Positions 47,297-55,458 of a stretch of 64,000 nt of DNA are shown here, in pieces. The stretch comes from an uncultured Adlercreutzia sp. (GTDB taxonomy: Bacteria > Actinomycetota > Coriobacteriia > Coriobacteriales > Eggerthellaceae), in assembly GCF_958431955.1 (NCBI RefSeq), contig NZ_CAUASN010000009.1:11645-75644 (forward strand). Reading direction: 5' to 3'. The notes beneath the pieces were generated by a model. The model was not told the origin of the DNA. It was given only the letters and a program-made list of their open reading frames with translations, and made no database searches. The translations under genes were made by a program, and so were the position numbers. Every line of letters begins with the position of its first letter. The stretch's first letter is position 1.

Positions 47297-47401
47297 AACC
47301 TCGGAACGCATCTCAACGCCGGCTCCCTCGGGAAGAGTGGCACCTAAAAGCACCTCGATTGCCGACCCCGTGTCGTCCTGCGCCTCGCTGACGATCTCGC
47401 C
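47297..47401 (-). pseudogene. relic of a DUF4230-like gene (C-terminal ~35 codons only)
   Basis: The minus-strand translation GEIVSEAQDDTGSAIEVLLGATLPEGAGVEMRSEV aligns without gaps to the C-terminus of the intact gene at 49753..50379 (GEVLSEAQANAESSIRTLLGAALPEGYVIEIDSVA). 18/35 residues are identical by hand. No matching N-terminal part is upstream. Confidence 0.45.
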
Positions 47402-47434
47402 GCTTGGGCGGCATTCGCCAGTTGTTCCGCATCC

Positions 47435-47463
47435 CGAAAAACAAGAACCGCCCCGAAGGGCGG
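47435..47463 (-). terminator. intrinsic terminator of the low-GC cassette
   Basis: The minus strand reads ccgccc-UUCG-gggcgg (47463-47448), followed by ttcttgtttttcg. Confidence 0.65.
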
Positions 47464-47606
47464 CCCTCGTGGCCATCCAGACCATCTCACGAAGAGAAGT
47501 CTGCCACCGGGCTGCTTTTACCGGTAGGAACCTTTTCTATAGGCGCTGCACGGCACCCGATCGCACAGGGCAACCGACTCGATAAACACCTTCCAATGCC
47601 CTCGCC

Positions 47607-48644
47607 TCAAAATAAAACGGTAAACACCATCGTTTGCTGGCTCTCTCGATAGCACTCTTCTTGCAGCGAAACACCAATCGACACCTTCAGCCCCTTCAAC
47701 GCCGAATCTATCTCGCTAGCACGGGTCTGCGCCAACGCGGCAGACGAACGGCAGTCAATGTCCACCACATAGTCTTGTATCGCATTTTTCGAATCATCCG
47801 AACAGCGCATCTCAATGAGAGCATTGATCTCCTTGTCATTTTTATACCAATTAAGCGGCGGGCGGCTCGCCTCATCGCTTCCAGAAAACCGTCGCTCGAA
47901 GAGCATTCGCCTGTCTTCGGAAACTTGCTCGCTGCGATCTGCAGAGATGTCATCCGACTCCGAGGCAACGCCCGTTTTCTTTACTGATGTCTTAATCCGG
48001 CCACCCTGCTTCGAGTCAGACACTTGCGTCTCACGCATTTCAAGCTTACAGTATTTCGCTCCCAAGCAATAGGCGACATGCTGAAGCTCGGACATCTTCT
48101 CCTTCTGAATTTCCCGGTACAGGCTTTCAAGATCGAAGAAACGGTCGAGCCCCGACGGGTCTCGCACGTAAACTGCTCCTATCTGAGCAAGTGGATGAAA
48201 CAGCAGTCCGCTTCCCGCGGCAAACGTATAATATAGATGAAGCACCTCCATCCCGTTGGGCGCCTTCGCCAGCCATCCTATAGCGCCCTCGCATACGTCG
48301 ATGCCTTTGCGTTTGTCCTCGTCTTCGATGATCACCATGTTCGGCAGATCGTAGCCAGAACTCCAGAATTCGTCTGGGAACACAGGAGCGTACTTGCGCT
48401 TCCGTGCCTTTAAATGCGCATCAGCCGCCAAACGCGCCCCCTCCTTGGCGCGCTCTGCAACCGTTCCGCCCGCTGCAACCACTTTGCCAGCAACGGTACC
48501 GCCCACCTCCGCCGCTACCTCCGCCACTGACCCGCTCAGCTCCTTGGCCTTTTCCGCCACACTCCCCAATTTGTCTCGAATGCCGTCCACAACTTTCGCC
48601 TCCCAGATGCCCCTACGCTCGAATTCACAGCCTTTCAGCGCCAT
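47607..48644 (-). CDS. hypothetical 345-aa protein (orphan) with an A/G/V/E/K-rich repetitive N-terminus
   Basis: Long ORF in a region whose GC is too low to generate spurious long ORFs. The N-terminus reads GSVAEKAKELSGSVAEVAAEVGGTVAGKVVAAGGTVAERAKEGAR. No TM or known motif recognised. Confidence 0.6.
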   Translation of the reverse strand: MALKGCEFERRGIWEAKVVDGIRDKLGSVAEKAKELSGSVAEVAAEVGGTVAGKVVAAGGTVAERAKEGARLAADAHLKARKRKYAPVFPDEFWSSGYDLPNMVIIEDEDKRKGIDVCEGAIGWLAKAPNGMEVLHLYYTFAAGSGLLFHPLAQIGAVYVRDPSGLDRFFDLESLYREIQKEKMSELQHVAYCLGAKYCKLEMRETQVSDSKQGGRIKTSVKKTGVASESDDISADRSEQVSEDRRMLFERRFSGSDEASRPPLNWYKNDKEINALIEMRCSDDSKNAIQDYVVDIDCRSSAALAQTRASEIDSALKGLKVSIGVSLQEECYRESQQTMVFTVLF

Positions 48645-48672
48645 CGTACCAACTGGCTCCTAGGCAAACCCG

Positions 48673-49629
48673 CTATCTCACATCAATGAGGGCGGCTACT
48701 ATTTTCTCCGTCAGTTCATTCTGCTGCGTCGCCGTCAGATTGTCCGACGTTCTCACAACCAACGTGCCCTCAACTTGGTGCGAGCCGGGCGACAGGAAAC
48801 CTGCACCGTCGAACCCAGCTAGATATTGGTTTCGGGCTTCGGCCTCTTCGGGAGTTTGAAATATCTCGATTGAGCCGCCCCCCACCGTGCCGATCTCGAC
48901 GGCGCCTTCTTCTCCATCCTCGAAATAAAGGCTGTCCGCCTCAATCTGATTGTCTCTAAAGTAAATACACCCGATATATCCGCCTTGCTTATTGAGCTGC
49001 CCGTTGGGATCGTGGTCTTCGGTAACGGCCTCGATTTTCGTAATCGTATCAACTCCCTGCAAACGCTCGATCACGAATTCATCTGCGGGCGCCGTAATCT
49101 GATTTAGGCTTTGAACGCTCATCTGGTACAGTTGGATCGCGTTGCGCAAATCCTCGATGGCTCCCGCATAGTCCGGCATCGAAGGAGGATCGGGGATCAC
49201 CTTCCCGTCAAGCTGCGCCGACCTCTCCATAACGTCCTCTTTGACTTGATCGAGCTCATCTCTCGACATCTCCGCATTAACTTCAATTGCGTTCTCTTCC
49301 TCGAGAAAAGCGGGATCGTCAACCTTCGCAGACTCCAACTCCGCCATGGCGTTTTTCAGATCAAGCAAGGTGGCCCCGTCGTAGGGCTCGCCCTCGCCGT
49401 TAATGGCCGTTTGCGCATTGCCGAGCTCCGTCGCTACAAGCTTATTCTCCTCTTTCACAGAATCGACGGCCTCATTGTATCGAGCCACTTGCTCATTGTA
49501 GGTCGCCAATGCAGCGTTGTACGCCTCCACTTCAGCCGACACTTCAGCGTAGAGCTCCTCGGTACTGCAGCCCGTCACGACACTTGCGGCAAGGACAAGA
49601 CCGAGCAACATTGCAGCTTTTTTTCTCAT
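48673..49629 (-). CDS. lipoprotein with a coiled-coil N-terminal half and a conserved-looking C-terminal domain
   Basis: MRKKAAMLLGLVLAASVVTGCS is a signal peptide plus lipobox. The first half is heptad-like and E/A/N-rich. The C-terminal part reads VTEDHDPNGQLNKQGGYIGCIYF...GGGSIEIFQTPEEAEARNQYLAGFDG...SGSHQVEGTLVVRTSDNLTATQQNEL. Confidence 0.7.
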   Translation of the reverse strand: MRKKAAMLLGLVLAASVVTGCSTEELYAEVSAEVEAYNAALATYNEQVARYNEAVDSVKEENKLVATELGNAQTAINGEGEPYDGATLLDLKNAMAELESAKVDDPAFLEEENAIEVNAEMSRDELDQVKEDVMERSAQLDGKVIPDPPSMPDYAGAIEDLRNAIQLYQMSVQSLNQITAPADEFVIERLQGVDTITKIEAVTEDHDPNGQLNKQGGYIGCIYFRDNQIEADSLYFEDGEEGAVEIGTVGGGSIEIFQTPEEAEARNQYLAGFDGAGFLSPGSHQVEGTLVVRTSDNLTATQQNELTEKIVAALIDVR

Positions 49630-49752
49630 GGCACAATCTCCTTGAATCATCTTCCCGCTTTCTCCCCACATCTCGCCTGTTTCCTGCTCAGCACTTTGGC
49701 GCATTGCCAGCGACACGGCCAGAGATGTAGCCCACTTCAATCTCTCCTACCC

Positions 49753-50379
49753 CTACGCCACCGAGTCGATCTCGATGACATAACCCTCTGGAAGAGCAGC
49801 GCCCAGAAGTGTTCGAATCGACGATTCGGCATTTGCCTGCGCCTCGCTCAAGACCTCTCCGCTAATAGCGGCTGCTTCGGCCTCTTGACGCGATTCGTCA
49901 ATGTATTGTGTAACGTCCTCCACGCCAATGGGATTGATGAAGTTGTTCTGCTCGTGCAGCACGTTGAAGCTGCTCGTATCGATGGCGTCCGAGAGAACTG
50001 TGGCCTGTGGCAAAACCACCTTGACTGTCGTGCCTTCAAGCGACACCTGCACCTCGTCGAGATTCACCCCGGCCTTCACCTCGCCCGTGTAGGTAAGAAT
50101 GAAGAAATTCTCCGAGAAGGGAATATCGATGGTGTCGAACAACCTGCTGTTGCTCTCGACTTTTTCCACCACTGTGTAGGATTGAGAAGCGGTGGCCAGT
50201 TCGTTGATCTGAACTATCTCCTCCATGAGGACTTCCACGTCAACGTTAGGCTCCTCCTGCCTGTCGGGCGGATTGTACGTGAAGAGCATGAATACGGAGA
50301 AAGCACCTATCACCAGACCAATCGCAGCCCCTATTCCGATAAGTTTCGCCTTCTTAGAGACGCTCGTTGCGCGCGCCAT
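49753..50379 (-). CDS. DUF4230-like membrane-anchored protein
   Basis: N-terminal TM (LIGIGAAIGLVIGAFSVFMLF), then ELATASQSYTVVEKV...FFILTYTGEVKAGVNLDEVQV...VKVVLPQATVL. From memory this pattern matches DUF4230. Confidence 0.65.
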   Translation of the reverse strand: MARATSVSKKAKLIGIGAAIGLVIGAFSVFMLFTYNPPDRQEEPNVDVEVLMEEIVQINELATASQSYTVVEKVESNSRLFDTIDIPFSENFFILTYTGEVKAGVNLDEVQVSLEGTTVKVVLPQATVLSDAIDTSSFNVLHEQNNFINPIGVEDVTQYIDESRQEAEAAAISGEVLSEAQANAESSIRTLLGAALPEGYVIEIDSVA

Positions 50380-50460
50380 CTATACCTCTCTTTCCTTTCT
50401 CAATCTCTTCGGCTTCATATTTGAAGTCGATCTGTTAATGGTAGCACATATGCTTTCCCC

Positions 50461-50676
50461 ATGAACATCGAGCAGAAAAGACAAGCCCTCGGGAAGCGCA
50501 TTCGCGAGGTGCGCGACGAGCAGGGCTTGTCCCAAAGCCAGCTTGCCCTCATGATCGGCAGCAGCAAGTCCCACATCTGGCGCATTGAAACAGGCCGGGT
50601 CGGCGTGGGCATCGACGACTTGGGTCGCATCGCCGACGCACTGGGCTCGCCCGTGCGCGACCTTCTGACGTTCTAG
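50461..50676 (+). CDS. XRE family helix-turn-helix transcriptional regulator (71 aa)
   Basis: LGKRIREVRDEQGLSQSQLALMIGSSKSHIWRIETGRVGVGIDDLGRIADALG. It is divergent from the DUF4230-like gene (81-nt gap). Confidence 0.8.
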   Translation: MNIEQKRQALGKRIREVRDEQGLSQSQLALMIGSSKSHIWRIETGRVGVGIDDLGRIADALGSPVRDLLTF

Positions 50677-50679
50677 CGA

Positions 50680-51792
50680 TTAGGAGAACAGCTCCACCGC
50701 GCGGGCGGCGCGCCGGGACTCCCCGAAGAATGATGCGCCTAAATCCCCGCCCTCTTCCCAGCCGATCAGCGCCGCAACGTCCGCATCGGCAACGGCGGCC
50801 TGCAGATACCCCATCGCCGTGTCGAAAAACTCCACCATGCCGTCCCATTCCTCGCCGTTAAGCCCGGCGGCCTCGGGCGCCGGATAGCCACAGGCGCGGC
50901 AGACGAAGTCGACGAGCGAAACCACCCGGTTCTCAGAGCCGAGCAACTCGCGCGCACCGCCCTTGACGCCGGCATCCGCGGGCGCCGTCATCGCGGCGAG
51001 GGCTCCCAGCATGTCCCTCACCCACACGAGAAACACCGAGGCCTGCAGAAAGCCGGCGGTCGATTCTCCCCCGATGGCGTTCGCGAACTCCGCCTCCTCG
51101 CCCTCGTCCTCGAAGAGGGCCCAAACGCCCAGCAGGTCGAGGTCGCCCACCCCGAAGTAGTACTCGCAGAACCACGCCCGCAGCCGGCGCACCGCCGACG
51201 CGATGTGAGCGAAGGGCTCCTCGTCGCCTCCGCCCAGGAAATCCACGACGATGGCCCCCAGCTCGTCCCACGAGCGCGCAAAGCCCTCCTCGTCCAGCGA
51301 GTCTCGCCGCAGCCCCATGCCAACGTAGGCCGAGGAGGCCCGCACATGCTCTGCAAACGCATCTACATCGGACGTGCCGAAAGCGAGCGTCTCGAAGAGG
51401 TCATCGCCGACGATGGCGGCATAGCGCGCGAACAGGATGAGGTTTTGCAGGTAACGCTCCTGGACACGCAGCTCTTCGATACGCTCGGCCAGCGCGTCGG
51501 GCAGGCTCCTCTCCCCGTCGAGAATCGGCGGCATGTCCTTGAGCTCGAAGCCGTAGGATCCGAGCACCACGATCTGCTTGAGCCGGTCGACATCCTCGGG
51601 GTAATAGAGCTTGCGGTTGTTCGACACGCCCTCGCCCGAGCGCACGGGGCACAAGAGGCCCTTGTCGTCATAATGCTGGAGGGCCCGCGTTGTCACCCCT
51701 GTCAGCTTCGCCACCTGCCCCGCCGTCATGGGCCACTCGAAATTCTCGCGAATCAGATCGTTGCTCGTCTGCGTTCTCGGTCTGCCCGGCAT
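50680..51792 (-). CDS. MerR family regulator with a ~250-aa uncharacterised C-terminal domain
   Basis: MTAGQVAKLTGVTTRALQHYDDKGLLCPVRS...RKLYYPEDVDRL is the MerR HTH. I chose ATG 51792 because the first track ATG lies inside the -10 element. ATG 51729 is also possible. Confidence 0.75.
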   Translation of the reverse strand: MPGRPRTQTSNDLIRENFEWPMTAGQVAKLTGVTTRALQHYDDKGLLCPVRSGEGVSNNRKLYYPEDVDRLKQIVVLGSYGFELKDMPPILDGERSLPDALAERIEELRVQERYLQNLILFARYAAIVGDDLFETLAFGTSDVDAFAEHVRASSAYVGMGLRRDSLDEEGFARSWDELGAIVVDFLGGGDEEPFAHIASAVRRLRAWFCEYYFGVGDLDLLGVWALFEDEGEEAEFANAIGGESTAGFLQASVFLVWVRDMLGALAAMTAPADAGVKGGARELLGSENRVVSLVDFVCRACGYPAPEAAGLNGEEWDGMVEFFDTAMGYLQAAVADADVAALIGWEEGGDLGASFFGESRRAARAVELFS

Positions 51793-51832
51793 AGTCCCAG
51801 CCCCTCGCTCTCGCTTTCCACCTTCAGTGCAA

Positions 51833-51863
51833 AGCATAAACCCCAACCCGACGTTGAGGTCAA
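51833..51863 (-). promoter_or_regulatory. MerR-type promoter (19-nt spacer) with a dyad operator
   Basis: The minus strand has TTGACC (51863-51858), a 19-nt spacer and TATGCT (51838-51833). The dyad ACCTCAAC-N5-GTTGGGGT (51860-51840, 7/8 symmetric) overlaps the -35 and spacer. Confidence 0.45.
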
Positions 51864-51928
51864 GCGCGACAGGGCAATTTTTTCGCGATGCCTTCGCACC
51901 TCTCGAACGACACGAGCAGCAGGGACCA

Positions 51929-52585
51929 CTACCGCGCGCCCTTGAGGCGCTTCTGGTAGGCGCGCACGAACTGAGAGAGGGTGAAGCACACCGCGAAGTA
52001 GATGAGCGCCAGAAGCCCGAAGATGGCGAAGATCTGCACCGTGGAGTTGAAGCTGTTCATGAGGATCATGCCGCGGCCCATCAGCTCCTGCAGCGCCATG
52101 GCGCCCCACAGATACGACGTGTCCTTGATGGTGGTCACGAACTGCGACAGCAGCGCCGGCACCATGTTGCGCAGCGCCTGGGGCAAGATGATGAGCACGT
52201 ACATCTGCGGCGCCGAGAAGCCCTGGGAGCGGGCCGCCTCGTACTGGCCCGCGGGCACGCTGGCCAAGCCGCCGCGCACGATCTCGGCCACTGAGGCCGC
52301 CGTGAACAGGGTGAACGCCACCACGGCCGCCGGCAAGGGCGGCAGCTGGGCCACGAAGAACGTGAACATGATCCACAGCAAAAGCGGTGTGTTCTTGAAC
52401 AGCTCCACGTAGGCGATGGAGATGCCCCGCAGCACGCGCAGCCGCGAGCCGCGCATGATGGAGATAACCGCGCCGAGCACCACCGAGCAGGCGATGGACA
52501 GCGCCGAGATGACGAGCGTGAGCCCTAGGCCCTCCAAGAGGAAGCGCAGATTCGTCCAGGTGAGCAATGCCATGATGTCGCTCAT
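51929..52585 (-). CDS. polar amino acid ABC transporter permease
   Basis: LLEGLGLTLVISALSI...AYVELFKNTPLLLWIMF...EAARSQGFSAPQMYVLIILPQALRNMVPAL is the EAA loop. Trimmed to ATG 52585. Confidence 0.9.
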   Translation of the reverse strand: MSDIMALLTWTNLRFLLEGLGLTLVISALSIACSVVLGAVISIMRGSRLRVLRGISIAYVELFKNTPLLLWIMFTFFVAQLPPLPAAVVAFTLFTAASVAEIVRGGLASVPAGQYEAARSQGFSAPQMYVLIILPQALRNMVPALLSQFVTTIKDTSYLWGAMALQELMGRGMILMNSFNSTVQIFAIFGLLALIYFAVCFTLSQFVRAYQKRLKGAR

Positions 52586-53598
52586 TTCCGGCCTCCTCTC
52601 CCGCGACGCGCGCCGCCGGTCTGACGCCGCCGATCCCGCGAGGCAAAGCGCTTCGCGTGGCCCTTGCGGGGCTTGCGGGAGCGCGGATAGCTGCCATGGG
52701 CCGGGTCGGGCCACGGTCCGCGATCGACCCCGTACAGCTCGGCATAGGTGAGGTAGCGGCCCTTGTCGCTCACCGGCGGCACGAGCGAGGTCGTGCCCTC
52801 CATCATGGTAGTCACACCGCCGGCCAGAGCCGCCGCGGCCGCGCGCCCGGTCAAGTCGTGGGTGCCCGGGGTCACCTCAGCGCCGTCGGCCTCGAGCACC
52901 TCGGTGGCGTCGCCGGTCACCACGTGGCGATGGCTGCGCATCCGGTGCTCCAAGTACACCGCCGCCCGCGACAAGGGAAAGCAGATGGCGAAGTACAGCA
53001 CCGCGGCCGCCACGTAAGCCGGTCCGTAGTAGCTCGTGTCGCCGGCGAAGGAGTTCGAGAAGTACATGAGCTCGCCGCCGGCGATAAGGGCCAGCACGCT
53101 CGTGTTCTTCACCAAGTTCGCCGCCTGCACGGCCAAAGGCGGCAAGATGATGCGCATGGCCTGGGGCAAAATGATAAGCATCATGGTCTGCAGGTAGGTG
53201 AAGCCCTGGCTCTTGGCCGCCTCGAACTGGCCGCGGTGGATGGAGCCGATGCCGCTGCGCACCACTTCCGACATGTAGGCGCCGTGATACACCCCGATGG
53301 CCAGCACGCCGATCCAGAACGACGCGAGCGAAAGTCCCAGCAGCGGGAGCACCGCATACAGCACGAACACCTGCAGAAGCAGCGGCACGTTCTGCACCAC
53401 CTCCACGTACACGCGGGCCACAGCGCGCAGGGGCTTGAAGCGCGACACCGACAGCATGCTGAAGGCAAACCCCAGAGCCAGAGCTAGCACGAGGGCGCCG
53501 GCCGAGATGCCCACGGTGGTGCCGAAGGCGGCGAGGATGTCGGGCCAGCGCGCGAAGAGCGCCTCCCACTTGTAGGGCGCGAAGATCTCCCCCATCAC
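52582..53598 (-). CDS. polar amino acid ABC transporter permease with a ~110-aa C-terminal extension
   Basis: VYVEVVQNVPLLLQVF...EAAKSQGFTYLQTMMLIILPQAMRIILPPL, then a non-membrane tail ending ...RKPRKGHAKRFASRDRRRQTGGARRGRGGRK. Confidence 0.85.
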   Translation of the reverse strand: MMGEIFAPYKWEALFARWPDILAAFGTTVGISAGALVLALALGFAFSMLSVSRFKPLRAVARVYVEVVQNVPLLLQVFVLYAVLPLLGLSLASFWIGVLAIGVYHGAYMSEVVRSGIGSIHRGQFEAAKSQGFTYLQTMMLIILPQAMRIILPPLAVQAANLVKNTSVLALIAGGELMYFSNSFAGDTSYYGPAYVAAAVLYFAICFPLSRAAVYLEHRMRSHRHVVTGDATEVLEADGAEVTPGTHDLTGRAAAAALAGGVTTMMEGTTSLVPPVSDKGRYLTYAELYGVDRGPWPDPAHGSYPRSRKPRKGHAKRFASRDRRRQTGGARRGRGGRK

Positions 53599-54548
53599 GC
53601 ACCTCCCCCGCTCCCCGGGGCGGCGCCGCTCGCAGCGACGTCGCCAGTCTCGCCCGCAGGCGCGCTGTCACCTGCGCCCGCAGGCGTGTCGTCGGCCGCG
53701 TCTCCCGCGCCGAGGCCTGTACCGCCGGCCGCCTGCTCCGCTTCCACGTCGGCCTCGGTCACGAGCGACAGCCCCCAGCGCTCCTTCAGCGAGGCCAGCG
53801 TGCCGTCGGCCTCCATAGCCGCGATGGCGGCATCCACCTGGGGCGTCAGCTCGCTGCCCTTGGCCGTGGCCACGCCGTATTCTTGGGGCGCGAAGTGCGT
53901 GTCCAGAAGGCGGGTCGTGTCGTCCTGGTAGCCCAGCAGAATGGAGCGGTCCACCGAGAAGGCGTCCACCCGCCCCACCACGAGCGCGATCTTGATCTCG
54001 GGATAGGTGGCGTACTCGGCGAAGTTCAGCGTGATGCCGAGCGCGTCGGCCGCCTCGCGCAGCTTGTCCTTCGTGGTGGCCGACAGCGCCACTCCCACGG
54101 TCTTGCCGTTAAGGCCGGCCAAGTCCTCAATACCCGAGTCCTTTTTCACGAGAATGCCGATGGTATCGATGTAGTAGGGCCGCGAGAAGTCATAGCTGCG
54201 GCGTCGATCGTCGGTGATGGTGAAGGTGGCCAGCGCCGCATCGAGCGCGCCGTTATCGAGCATGGCGCCGCGCGTGGTGGCGTTCACGCCGGTGAGCTCG
54301 AGCGCGTTCGCGTCGCCCTTGATGCGGGCGGCAAGCTCCCGGGCCACATCCACTTCCAGGCCCTCCACGTTGCCCGTCTCGGGGTTCTGGAAGCCGAAGC
54401 CGGGCACATCCACCTTGGTGCCCACCCGCAGCACGTCGCCGGCCGGCGCGCAACCGCCCAGAGGCAACGCGGCGCCCAGGGCCACCGCACCGGCCGCCGC
54501 AGCCGCCGTGCGCACAAAGGCGCGCCGCGTGAGAAGTCGCTTTCCCAT
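53595..54548 (-). CDS. amino acid ABC transporter substrate-binding lipoprotein
   Basis: MGKRLLTRRAFVRTAAAAAGAVALGAALPLGGC has a Tat-like RR plus lipobox. The type-3 SBP core reads LRVGTKVDVPGFGF...ATFTITDDRR. It ends in an A/G/D-rich tail. Confidence 0.85.
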   Translation of the reverse strand: MGKRLLTRRAFVRTAAAAAGAVALGAALPLGGCAPAGDVLRVGTKVDVPGFGFQNPETGNVEGLEVDVARELAARIKGDANALELTGVNATTRGAMLDNGALDAALATFTITDDRRRSYDFSRPYYIDTIGILVKKDSGIEDLAGLNGKTVGVALSATTKDKLREAADALGITLNFAEYATYPEIKIALVVGRVDAFSVDRSILLGYQDDTTRLLDTHFAPQEYGVATAKGSELTPQVDAAIAAMEADGTLASLKERWGLSLVTEADVEAEQAAGGTGLGAGDAADDTPAGAGDSAPAGETGDVAASGAAPGSGGGA

Positions 54549-54560
54549 AGCAGCCGCCCT

Positions 54561-55292
<732 letters not shown>

Positions 55293-55458
55293 CACATCCC
55301 ACGCTCCTATCTGGCACGTTGCACCGAATAGATTAGTGGGATTGTAACGTTCAGCTTGCAGGTCGTGGTTTCGCCGCCGCAACGGCTTTTCCACGGCTCA
55401 TTGACAGGCCGTCACGACGCCTTCGCCCGCGACCCGTTCAAGGCCGCGGGAGATTCCG

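Larger units (their letters stand above)
47430..50460 (-). other. compositional island (lower GC, A/T-ending codons) carrying three co-oriented genes
   Basis: Three hand-counted 60-nt lines inside give 48%, 50% and 55% G+C; two flank lines give 75% (topA) and 55% (ABC permease), so the hand counts overlap. Codons such as ctt, gga, ata, gct, att, ggt, gta and aat are common here and rare in the flanks. Confidence 0.5.

Noticed and set aside
46847-47485. Several 60-100-aa ORFs in the 46.8-47.6 kb gap as real genes
   Set aside because: They show no RBS, no motifs and mutually overlapping frames. The only meaningful coding signal is the 35-codon DUF4230-like relic.
47430-50460. Calling the low-GC block a mobile element, prophage or integrative island
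   Set aside because: I could find no integrase, transposase, recombinase, terminal inverted repeats, flanking tRNA or direct-repeat att-like duplication by eye. It is reported only as a compositional island.
50674-50682. Convergent XRE and MerR stop codons only 3 nt apart as a regulatory feature
   Set aside because: The arrangement is real, but with no hairpin or antisense evidence there is nothing to support a function beyond compact packing.
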